Below, piece after piece: positions 54,088-64,000 of a DNA stretch of 64,000 nt. How positions within the stretch are numbered: the stretch's first letter is position 1; the number at the start of each line of letters is the position of its first letter. Location: assembly GCA_018266685.1 (NCBI GenBank), contig JAFDZY010000255.1, positions 1,488 to 65,487 of the forward strand. The letters are read 5' to 3'. Made by a program: the position numbers and the translations under genes. The notes under the pieces were generated by a model. That model ran no database searches and was not told the DNA's origin. It was given only the letters and a program-made list of their open reading frames with translations. This DNA comes from Bacteroidota bacterium (lineage in GTDB: Bacteria; Bacteroidota; Bacteroidia; Flavobacteriales_F; PHOS-HE28).

Positions 54088-54987
54088 GTGCTTAGACTTG
54101 CCGTCTGTGAAATGAGGTTTCCGGTAGACCAGACAGTCCAGCAACTCCTCAACAAGAGGCTCGAGGAGTTGGAGAAGCACTTCGATGCGGATGTGCTTTC
54201 ATACTTCGGACCAATCGCCGATGGGAATGAACAACTCTTCCTTCAGCTACTAGAAGACCTCTCTGCGGATCCCGCCAAGCGGAAGAAGCTCATGGTCGTT
54301 TTGACGACACCCGGTGGTAGTGCGATCGCCGTCGAACGCTATGTCAACATGATCCGGCATCACTATGATGAATTGGATCTTCTTGTTCCCGATTACGCGT
54401 ATAGTGCAGGCACTATCTTCTGTATGAGCGCGGACAACATCCATATGGATTACTACTCGGTGCTCGGACCCATCGACCCCCAAGTCCTGAACAAAGACGG
54501 CAAGTGGGTCGCGGCATTGGGATACTTGGATAAGGTCAATGAGCTGTTGGAGAAGGCTCGTGAGAAGAAGCTTAGCCAAGCTGAATTCCTTATTCTGAAG
54601 GACATTGACTTAGCGGAGTTGCGCGGATATGAGCAGGCCAAGGCCCACACCATCGACCTGCTCAAAAAGTGGTTGGTGAAGCACAAGTTCAAGAACTGGA
54701 CGACGCACAGAACCAATCCGGTACTTATTGGCCAAGCCGTCACCGAGGACCAAAAGCTGGCTCGTGCTGAAGAGATAGCTGCCGCGTTGAGTGACAACAC
54801 CAAGTGGAAGACACACGGCAGGCCGATCAATCTGGAGTCGCTGAAGGAGTTGCGCCTGGAAATCGAGGATTACTCGTCATCCCCATTTGGTCGTCGCGAA
54901 CTCGTAAGGGAGTACTCCTTGCTGATGTTCGACTATATCCGGCGAAACAGCTTCACCAGTTTCATTCACACTAGACACTTCATTTGA
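54088..54987 (+). CDS. Clp-fold serine protease of the SDH / S49-like family
   Basis: LMVVLTTPGGSAIAVERY....VPDYAYSAGTIFCMSADNIHM matches the ClpP/SppA-fold pattern. The track start is a GTG immediately after the hppD stop; an alternative ATG lies at 54112. The block has lower GC. Confidence 0.65.
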   Translation: MLRLAVCEMRFPVDQTVQQLLNKRLEELEKHFDADVLSYFGPIADGNEQLFLQLLEDLSADPAKRKKLMVVLTTPGGSAIAVERYVNMIRHHYDELDLLVPDYAYSAGTIFCMSADNIHMDYYSVLGPIDPQVLNKDGKWVAALGYLDKVNELLEKAREKKLSQAEFLILKDIDLAELRGYEQAKAHTIDLLKKWLVKHKFKNWTTHRTNPVLIGQAVTEDQKLARAEEIAAALSDNTKWKTHGRPINLESLKELRLEIEDYSSSPFGRRELVREYSLLMFDYIRRNSFTSFIHTRHFI

Positions 54988-54989
54988 GC

Positions 54990-55288
<299 letters not shown>

Positions 55289-55404
55289 GGTGGACAACGC
55301 TCGCAATCCTGTTCTGCTTGCAAGTGTGGCAAGACACGTGCTTGGTAACGGTTGAGTAGCCGTTGCCCAATCCGCCTGTTCGAATGTCCATTGGTGCCTG
55401 GCCA

Positions 55405-56982
55405 CTACTCCTTCATCAACTTTACGGCTCCGCGCCTTCCATTGGCGTAGAAGAGGACCAAATAGCCTCCAGGCGCGAGTTGGCCAATGTTCAGTTGATC
55501 ACCGGAAACTTCCGCAGAACCTTGGAAATGATGTTTATTGGATGCTACGATCCTTCCCATTGCATCCACGAGTTCCCATGTGACCATTGATGTTGAGCCC
55601 TGCGGAAATTGGATCGTTATCATGCTCGATGCAGGATTTGGGAATACCGAGATCAAGTCGCCCGCCTGGTCATGTACCGAAATACCTGTCGGATCCCAGG
55701 TTAGATACCGTAGCAGCACCGGGTGATGACCACCACCGGCAGCAACGATCAGGCGGCCATCGGGTTGCATGGCCACGCACACCCCTTGTGCCGAGGGCAT
55801 GCTTGGAATGCCGGTGAGCACAATGCCGGAGCTGCCGTAGCCCGGATCCAATTGACCGTTTGGGGACAAGCGGACCACGGTTACTGGCATGCTGGTCATA
55901 TTTAGCCCGGAGTAGCCGGTAAGGAGGATCGCATCGTCCGGTTGAATGACAAGATCCCTTGCCCCATCTTGTCCGATCGAAATGGATATCCGGCTAACGC
56001 CATTGGACCCGAAGCTTGCATCCAAGATTCCTCCCGGGGTGAACCGCGCAGCAAACATGTCATAGTTGAGATAATAGTCGGTTTGGCCAGCAATAATGAT
56101 ACTACCATCACTTTGCACCCCAAGTCCTCCGATCATCTCGTCGCCCGGGCTCACGCTTAAGGTAGCTATACCCTGATCGCCGAAAGCGAGATCAAGATCA
56201 CCATTGCTCTGTAGCTTGACCAACCCCACATCATAGGCACCGCTCTGGCCGAATACCACAGCCATCAACAGGCTTCCATCCTGTTGAACCATGATCCGCG
56301 GCGCCCAGTTGAATCCAAAGGCAATTGACAGGTTGAAAATGCCATCGGCGTGGAACGTACTATCCGGTATACCATTAGCGGTGAATCGGAATACAGCGAT
56401 TTCTGAAAGGTCACCTGAACTTCCAGCAACGAGAATATCCCCTTCAGCGTTCAACGCGATGTCATAAGGCGACCCGTAGGAAGGTGGTGGCGTGCTGGCC
56501 ATGCCACCAGTGGCGAAGGTGGCATCGAGCGTTCCGTCCGGAAGGTAACGGGCCAGCTTTAGTACTCCAAAAATATCAACCTGTGATTGCGCTGCAACGA
56601 TGATCTTTCCGTCCGGTTGAACGGCGATTGCGCGACCCTCATCCCAAAATGTCCCGATATCTGTTTGAACAATGCCCTGGTTCCCGAAAGATTGGTCCGG
56701 TGCCCCGTCCGGCAGGCACCTCACCAAGTATATGTCCCATCCCTGTCCGGAATTGATGCGTCCGGTCACCAAGATCTTCCCATCGTTTTGGATGGCCATG
56801 TCCACAACAGAGAAGTAGCTTGTGTCCATGTCCAAAAAGGCCATTCCTCCTATGCCAAACGATGTGTCCAACTGTCCGGCCTGGCCATAAAGGCCGAAAC
56901 AGTAGAGGAAGGAGGCCAATAGGCTAACGCGTGCAATATTCATTTTGCAAACGGCTTGATGTTCCGATAAAACTACCCCCAA
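55405..56982 (-). CDS. delta-60-repeat (beta-propeller-like) protein with T9SS C-terminal sorting domain
   Basis: At least seven (L/P)D.(S/T)(F/Y)G..G units, and a C-terminus VFPNPASSMITIQF...YLVLFYANGRRGAVKLMKE. Confidence 0.8.
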   Translation of the reverse strand: MGVVLSEHQAVCKMNIARVSLLASFLYCFGLYGQAGQLDTSFGIGGMAFLDMDTSYFSVVDMAIQNDGKILVTGRINSGQGWDIYLVRCLPDGAPDQSFGNQGIVQTDIGTFWDEGRAIAVQPDGKIIVAAQSQVDIFGVLKLARYLPDGTLDATFATGGMASTPPPSYGSPYDIALNAEGDILVAGSSGDLSEIAVFRFTANGIPDSTFHADGIFNLSIAFGFNWAPRIMVQQDGSLLMAVVFGQSGAYDVGLVKLQSNGDLDLAFGDQGIATLSVSPGDEMIGGLGVQSDGSIIIAGQTDYYLNYDMFAARFTPGGILDASFGSNGVSRISISIGQDGARDLVIQPDDAILLTGYSGLNMTSMPVTVVRLSPNGQLDPGYGSSGIVLTGIPSMPSAQGVCVAMQPDGRLIVAAGGGHHPVLLRYLTWDPTGISVHDQAGDLISVFPNPASSMITIQFPQGSTSMVTWELVDAMGRIVASNKHHFQGSAEVSGDQLNIGQLAPGGYLVLFYANGRRGAVKLMKE

Positions 56983-57423
56983 GCATAAAGGTGGGTGTGC
57001 AATTACGAGGAATGGGCAATTTCAACTGGGAACCGGTCATGCTTGGCATCAATTGCCGCAGAATTAGCTGCGGAAGCCACACTACGGAGTGCCCTGCCTG
57101 CTTGGTGACGCGTCAAGCAGCTCTCCCGAATGTCGGACCCGGAATATGCAGCATGATGACTACTACGACCCGGAAGCGCTTTGCCACAGTGCGTTTCACG
57201 CATTTTCGTTTCTCACCGGGAACATGGCCCCGCCTTCGTCACGAAAATGCCTGTGGCCGTGCGTTTCCCGCTCTCGATACGTCCCCTGCTGCATAATCCG
57301 GGTCTGAACAAAGACCTTGCTATTCTGAAGCCCGACGTCAAAATAACAAGGCAGAAGCATGTGCCCAAGTTCATCGAAAAGCAGTGTCCACGCTTGGTGA
57401 AGTCCGCCAGCTTCTCTTCTCCC

Positions 57424-57792
57424 TCAGGCCGTCTTCGCTGCCAAGGGATGCCCCAACCAAAGGATGGCGAAGGCCAGTGCCACCACCCATACCTCACCGA
57501 AGAACCCCTTCCAATCGTGCAGGAACACAAACTGCACCAGCAGGAACACCACAACGCCGAGGTTGAGCCAACTGCCCCACACGAACGTCTTCGGTACGAA
57601 CATCATGAGGCAACCGATGATGGTGACGGCGCCTAACAACTGCCGTAGGATGGGCGCGGTGCCGAAGGGCTCGAAAAACGCCACCATGGCGCTGCTGTTG
57701 GTGAGCATGCCCCAGCCTGCGCGCAGGCTCATCCAGGCCATGAAGAGAATCAATGCGCCACTGAGGATGCGTAATGCCATGTTCATGTCCAT
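57424..57792 (-). CDS. small 4-TM membrane protein (DoxX-like)
   Basis: MDMNMALRILSGALILFMAWMSL.... Start chosen at the first Met before the hydrophobic core. Confidence 0.5.
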   Translation of the reverse strand: MDMNMALRILSGALILFMAWMSLRAGWGMLTNSSAMVAFFEPFGTAPILRQLLGAVTIIGCLMMFVPKTFVWGSWLNLGVVVFLLVQFVFLHDWKGFFGEVWVVALAFAILWLGHPLAAKTA

Positions 57793-58337
57793 GTGTTTGG
57801 AAGGTTGATCGAGGGGTGTTTTCCGGAAGAGAACGCCATAGCATACAACGGGACGTTGCCATAACGCGAGGGTCGTTCGCCCAGATCGAATACGCGATCG
57901 AAGCCTGCGTTGGCGAACTGCTTCACTGCTTTTATACGCGGCAGCGGGAACGGCACCCACGGGATCAACGGACGTGCCGTGTCATATTCAATGATCACCA
58001 CGTTGCGGGTCAGGTGTGCAATACGGGCCAGCAGCGCCTCCTTGCCTTCCACGAAGTGCAGCACGTTCGCCAGCAGCACGCCATCCATGGGGCCGGGCAG
58101 CGGGTCCTGCACATCGGCGTTCAGCGCGGTGATCCGTACGCCGTTGTGCGTGGCGGGTACGGCGCGCAATGCATCCTCATCGCTGTCCACGGCCGTGATG
58201 GTGCTTCCGGGCGGCAGCAGTTCCGCCAAGGCCCGGGTGAAGGTGCCCGTGCCGCAGCCCAATTCCAGCCAATGGTTCGGTCGTGAACGATCCACGTGCA
58301 ACGCGGCGATCAGGGCACCGGCCTCCGCAACGGTCAT
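57783..58337 (-). CDS. class I SAM-dependent methyltransferase
   Basis: Motif I LELGCGTGTFT, then DSDEDAL and an acidic loop. Confidence 0.8.
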   Translation of the reverse strand: MTVAEAGALIAALHVDRSRPNHWLELGCGTGTFTRALAELLPPGSTITAVDSDEDALRAVPATHNGVRITALNADVQDPLPGPMDGVLLANVLHFVEGKEALLARIAHLTRNVVIIEYDTARPLIPWVPFPLPRIKAVKQFANAGFDRVFDLGERPSRYGNVPLYAMAFSSGKHPSINLPNTWT

Positions 58338-58398
58338 GATCCGGGATCAATGGGCATGGACCACTTCGAGGCAGATGATGCGCCCATTGACAAGCCCT

Positions 58399-58938
58399 TT
58401 ACGGTTTATTTGTCGGGGGCAGTTCCCCGATTTCCGCCCGCACCTTTTCGTACCACTGCTCCACCACGGTGGTATCCATGCCCATGCGGCTTTCCTTGCG
58501 GAACTGGTTGCTCTGCTCCAGGATCGCCGCCATGGCCGCATTGTACCGGGCGTTCATGAACTCCGTGGGGTTGCCACGCGGAGCCTGCTGTTCAAGCTCC
58601 TGTTTCAGCTGCCGCGCGTGCAGTTCGTAGATATCGAACAGCACTTGGAAGTAGGCCACCATCGCAGCCTGGTCCCCGTTGGGGTCGATCCAAGACTTGG
58701 CCCGGTCAAAGTAGGCGGCCACCTCGAACTTGGTTCTGGCGAATGCACCGGCCTTGGTGAAGTTGGTGGACAGCATGCACAGCGACTCACCGCCCAGGCC
58801 GCTGTATGCCTGTGGCTCCATCTTGAAATCGGAACCCCGAAGGGGCTGAACGGCGGACCAATGCAGCGTATCCGGACCGGATTGCGCAAAAGACCCGGAA
58901 ATGACCGCAAGGGTCAGGATCGTGGTCACATTCCGCAT
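58399..58938 (-). CDS. hypothetical secreted protein
   Basis: Signal peptide MRNVTTILTLAVISGSFAQ. No motif recognised. Confidence 0.5.
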   Translation of the reverse strand: MRNVTTILTLAVISGSFAQSGPDTLHWSAVQPLRGSDFKMEPQAYSGLGGESLCMLSTNFTKAGAFARTKFEVAAYFDRAKSWIDPNGDQAAMVAYFQVLFDIYELHARQLKQELEQQAPRGNPTEFMNARYNAAMAAILEQSNQFRKESRMGMDTTVVEQWYEKVRAEIGELPPTNKP

Positions 58939-58990
58939 GGGAAACCACCATTTACTATCCAGCACGAATAAAAACGCATTCCCACTTGCA

Positions 58991-61855
58991 TCACCCTTTT
59001 TCCACCACCTCCCCCGCCTTCCGCATGCCGGCCTTGCGCGCCTTGCGGATCCTGCAGGTCACCACTTTGTATTCCGGGCACAGGGCTTCGCTGTCATGCA
59101 CATCGCTGGTGATGATGTTCAGCATCACCTCCGGAAAGTGGAAGGTGCTGCTGAGGATGCCGGGCTTCACCTCGTCGGTGACGCGCGCCTTGATGTCCAC
59201 CTTGCCGCGCGGGCTTTCCACGCAAACCATGTCACCATCGGCGATGCCGTTCTGTTGCGCATCCGCCGGGTTGATCAAAAGCACATCCTCGGTGAGCACC
59301 TCCACGTTGCCGGTGCGGCGCGTCATGGTGCCGCTGTTGTAATGCTCCAGCTCGCGGTTGGTGGTGATGATGTACGGGTAGTCCTTTCCGTTGGCGCGCA
59401 CCTCGGGGCTTTCCACCCAGGGCTTGAAGATGAAGCGGCCCAGGCCGCGCTTGAAGGTATCGGTGTGCAGGATCTGCGTGTCCGTACCGTCGGGCTTCAC
59501 GGGCCACTGCTTGCCGTTCTCGCCCAGCTCTTCCCACTTCACCCCGGCGAAGAAAGGCACGATGCGGCTGATCTCTTCCAATACCCAGTCCGGGTGGTAT
59601 GTGGTCTTGGCATTGCCGCTGCGCGTGCCGGTGCGCTTCGCGTAGCGCTCCATCACGTCGCAGACGATCTGGCCGTCGGACTTTGTGCCTTCCAGCGGCG
59701 GCACTACTTGGTTCACACGCTGGATGCGGCGCTCGCCGTTGGTGAAGGTGCCGCTCTTCTCCAGGAAGCTGGCGGCGGGCAGGATCACGTCCGCATACCG
59801 GGCCGTTTCGGTCATGAAGATCTCCTGGACCACGAGCAGTTCAAGGCTTTCCATGGCCTTGATCACCTTTTGGGTATTGGGGTCGGTCTGCACCACGTCC
59901 TCGCCCATGAGCCAGAGGGCCTTGAGCTGGCCGTCGATGGCGGCGTTGAACATTTCGGGGATTTTCCAGCCGATGCGCGTGGGCATGGGCACGCCGTAGT
60001 GCGCCTCATACTGCTCATTCACCGCGCTGCTTGTGAGGTCCAGGTAGCCGGCGCCCTGGTGCGGCTGCGCACCCATGTCGGCCGCGCCCTGTACGTTGTT
60101 CTGGCCGCGCAGCGGGTTCACGCCCGTGCCGCGCCGGCCGATGTTGCCGGTCATCATGGCCAGGTCGGCGATCTGCATTACGGCGAAGGTGCCCTGGTAA
60201 TGCTCGGTGACGCCCAAGCCGTGGAAGCTCATGGCCGCCGGAGCCTTGGCGTAGGCGATCGCGGCCTGGCGCACCAGTTCACGGTCCACGCCGGTTTCGC
60301 GTTCCATGGCGGCCATGTCCACGGCCATGACCTCTTGCAGGAAATCATTCCAGCCCTCGGTGCGCCGGTCAATGAACTCCTGCTTCACCAGCCCCTCGCT
60401 GATGATGTAGTGCATCATCATGTTCAGCAGGGCCACGTTGGTGCCTGGCCGCAACTGCAGGTGGAAGTGCGCGTAGCGGGCGAGCTCGGTGCGGCGCGGA
60501 TCGATCACGATCAGCGTCTTGCCCTTCATCACGTGCTGCTTGATCTTGGCGCCGGTAACGGGGTGGGCGTCGCTGGGGTTGGCGCCGATCACCAGGATGG
60601 CGTGCGTGTCGTTCAGGTCGTCGATGCTGTTAGTGGCCGCGCCGGTGCCGAAGGTCTCCTGCATGCCGAGCGCGGTGGGGCTGTGGCACACGCGCGCGCA
60701 GCAGTCGATGTTGTTGGTGCCCACCAGTGCCCGCATGAATTTCTGCATGAGGTAGTTCTCCTCGTTGGGGCAGCGCGCGCTGCTGATGCCGGCGATGGCA
60801 TCGGGGCCGTGCGCGTCGCGGATGGCGATCATCCGGTCCAACATGTAGTCGTAAGCCTCGTCCCAGGTGGCAGGTACAAATTCCCCGTTGCGCTTGATCA
60901 GCGGCGTGCGCAGCCGGTCGGGGTGCTCGTAGAACTTGAAGGCATAGCGGCCCTTCAGGCAGGTGTGGCCTTGGTTGGCCTCGGCATCATAAGGCGCGGT
61001 GATGCCCGCCACGGTGCCGTCCTTCACCTTCACGTCCAAGTTGCAGCCCACGCCGCAATAGGTGCAGGTGGTGCGCACCACTTCATCAGCCACGGTTTCC
61101 TTGGCGCGGAACACATCGGTAATGGCGCTGGTGGGACAGGCTTGGGCGCAGGCGCCGCAGCTCACGCAGTCGCTGTCGAAGAAGCTTTCATCGGTGCCTT
61201 TCACGATGTGGTTGGCAAACCCGCGGCCGGCCATGGTGAGCACCATTTCGCCCTGCACTTCATCACACGCACGGATGCAGCGGTAGCAGCCGATGCACGC
61301 GCTGAGGTCGCTCACCATGTACGGGTGGCTGGTGTCCATGGGCGTGGCCAGGTGGTTCCAGCCCTTGGGGTAGCGCACTGCATCCACGTCCACGCCGAGG
61401 CGTTGCACCACGTTGTAGAGCTCGTTCTTGCCGTGGTCCTCGGTCTTCAGGCGCTCGGTGTCGTAGTCGGTGAGCACCAGTTCCACGATGTTCTTGCGCA
61501 GCCGCTCCATGCGCGGGCTGTTGGTGGTGATGTACATGCCGTTGCCGATGGGGCTGTGGCAACTGGCCATCACCTTGGCGGGGCCATCTTCTTTCAAAGC
61601 CACTTCTACGCTGCACACGCGGCAGCTGCCGAAGGGCTCCAGGTTGGGCGCATCGCAGAGCGTGGGCACGGGGTCGGGACCTTTGTGGCGGCGCATGAAG
61701 GCGAGCATCGTCTCGCCCTGGATGATCGGATAGGCCTTGCCGTCGATGAAGGCGGTGCCCGCGTCGGTGGCGGCCTTGTTGGCGGTGGTGGGTGCGCTGG
61801 CTGTTCGCCCTGCGGGCGTGCTGGGCGATCCGTGCTTGGCGTTCGGCGTGTTCAT
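58991..61855 (-). CDS. NAD-dependent formate dehydrogenase alpha subunit (2Fe-2S/4Fe-4S/molybdopterin)
   Basis: N-terminal 2Fe-2S and 4Fe-4S Cys clusters (CRVCSVEV, CIGCYRCIRACD, CVSCGACAQACP), an MopB domain and a C-terminal molybdopterin-dinucleotide-binding domain. Confidence 0.92.
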   Translation of the reverse strand: MNTPNAKHGSPSTPAGRTASAPTTANKAATDAGTAFIDGKAYPIIQGETMLAFMRRHKGPDPVPTLCDAPNLEPFGSCRVCSVEVALKEDGPAKVMASCHSPIGNGMYITTNSPRMERLRKNIVELVLTDYDTERLKTEDHGKNELYNVVQRLGVDVDAVRYPKGWNHLATPMDTSHPYMVSDLSACIGCYRCIRACDEVQGEMVLTMAGRGFANHIVKGTDESFFDSDCVSCGACAQACPTSAITDVFRAKETVADEVVRTTCTYCGVGCNLDVKVKDGTVAGITAPYDAEANQGHTCLKGRYAFKFYEHPDRLRTPLIKRNGEFVPATWDEAYDYMLDRMIAIRDAHGPDAIAGISSARCPNEENYLMQKFMRALVGTNNIDCCARVCHSPTALGMQETFGTGAATNSIDDLNDTHAILVIGANPSDAHPVTGAKIKQHVMKGKTLIVIDPRRTELARYAHFHLQLRPGTNVALLNMMMHYIISEGLVKQEFIDRRTEGWNDFLQEVMAVDMAAMERETGVDRELVRQAAIAYAKAPAAMSFHGLGVTEHYQGTFAVMQIADLAMMTGNIGRRGTGVNPLRGQNNVQGAADMGAQPHQGAGYLDLTSSAVNEQYEAHYGVPMPTRIGWKIPEMFNAAIDGQLKALWLMGEDVVQTDPNTQKVIKAMESLELLVVQEIFMTETARYADVILPAASFLEKSGTFTNGERRIQRVNQVVPPLEGTKSDGQIVCDVMERYAKRTGTRSGNAKTTYHPDWVLEEISRIVPFFAGVKWEELGENGKQWPVKPDGTDTQILHTDTFKRGLGRFIFKPWVESPEVRANGKDYPYIITTNRELEHYNSGTMTRRTGNVEVLTEDVLLINPADAQQNGIADGDMVCVESPRGKVDIKARVTDEVKPGILSSTFHFPEVMLNIITSDVHDSEALCPEYKVVTCRIRKARKAGMRKAGEVVEKG

Positions 61856-61885
61856 GGCGAGTTCGGTTAGCGGCTCACGGCGGGC

Positions 61886-63592
<1,707 letters not shown>

Positions 63593-63641
63593 GAGGCACC
63601 AAAGTAATGCGGAACGGGTCGGCTCGCCTAATTTCGCGGCC

Positions 63642-64000
63642 ATGCGCACCCTGTCGCTTTTCGCGGGCATCACGTCCTTACTGCTGGCCAGCACCGGTTG
63701 CACCAAGGAAAACCAGGATGACCAAGGCTACAGGCCCGCCGGCATCACCTTCCGCACCGACTCCGGCTACACCTTCCAGAACGACACGGTGGGCTTGGGC
63801 GACACCCTGCGCATCGGTGCCATGGTGGCCAAGGGCTCAGAGGACCTGGACGTGGTGTACGTGGAAATGCGCGTGAACGGCGGCAACTGGGCCAAGCAGG
63901 ACACTTTCCCCTTCACGCAAAACCCCATGGCCGTGGATTTCCAGGCCATCATGGGCAACGTGCAGCGCACCGAGGATTGGAGCGTGCTCGCCGTGGAGCA
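63642..64000 (+). CDS. lipoprotein, 5' part (runs off the window)
   Basis: Own translation: MRTLSLFAGITSLLLASTGCTKENQDD... with a lipobox. The frame stays open to the window end. It is not in the ORF track. Confidence 0.55.
   Translation, partial: MRTLSLFAGITSLLLASTGCTKENQDDQGYRPAGITFRTDSGYTFQNDTVGLGDTLRIGAMVAKGSEDLDVVYVEMRVNGGNWAKQDTFPFTQNPMAVDFQAIMGNVQRTEDWSVLAVE

Overview
High-GC (roughly 60-65% by eye) chromosomal segment that looks Bacteroidota-like. This is inferred from T9SS-type C-terminal sorting domains, RemB/Wzi-like outer-membrane proteins, a GG-leader peptide with a C39 ABC exporter, and the lack of obvious Shine-Dalgarno sites. Most of the window is housekeeping: PPK2, recJ, tadA, LolC/E-type permease, rbfA, MsbA-like ABC, PBP1A, hflX, cysQ, gmd-fcl, a WecA-like transferase, the ctaB/coxIII/coxIV/SCO/DUF420 cytochrome oxidase accessory cluster, an M36 protease, bacilliredoxin, SDR-type threonine dehydrogenase, trhO, hmgA/hppD and NAD-type formate dehydrogenase. 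I recognised no rRNA, tRNA, CRISPR array, transposase or integrase.

Two things stand out. (1) A low-GC accessory block at about 14.6-21 kb holds a toxin-antitoxin (TA) island, followed by a RiPP-like cluster. The cluster encodes a 79-aa GG-leader precursor with a Thr/Asp-rich, Lys-free core, an unknown protein, a microviridin-type ATP-grasp ligase and a SPASM-domain protein with no radical-SAM CxxxCxxC motif. A C39-peptidase ABC exporter and an HlyD protein follow directly. (2) A recurring insertion architecture: small co-oriented two-gene cassettes sit exactly at the stop codon of a host gene (fcl, hppD, an XRE regulator). Each is bracketed by a diverged direct repeat of that host gene's 3' coding end.

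Several families of palindromic or short tandem intergenic repeats are also present. All functional calls come from reading the translated ORFs and recalling motifs; no database search was run.
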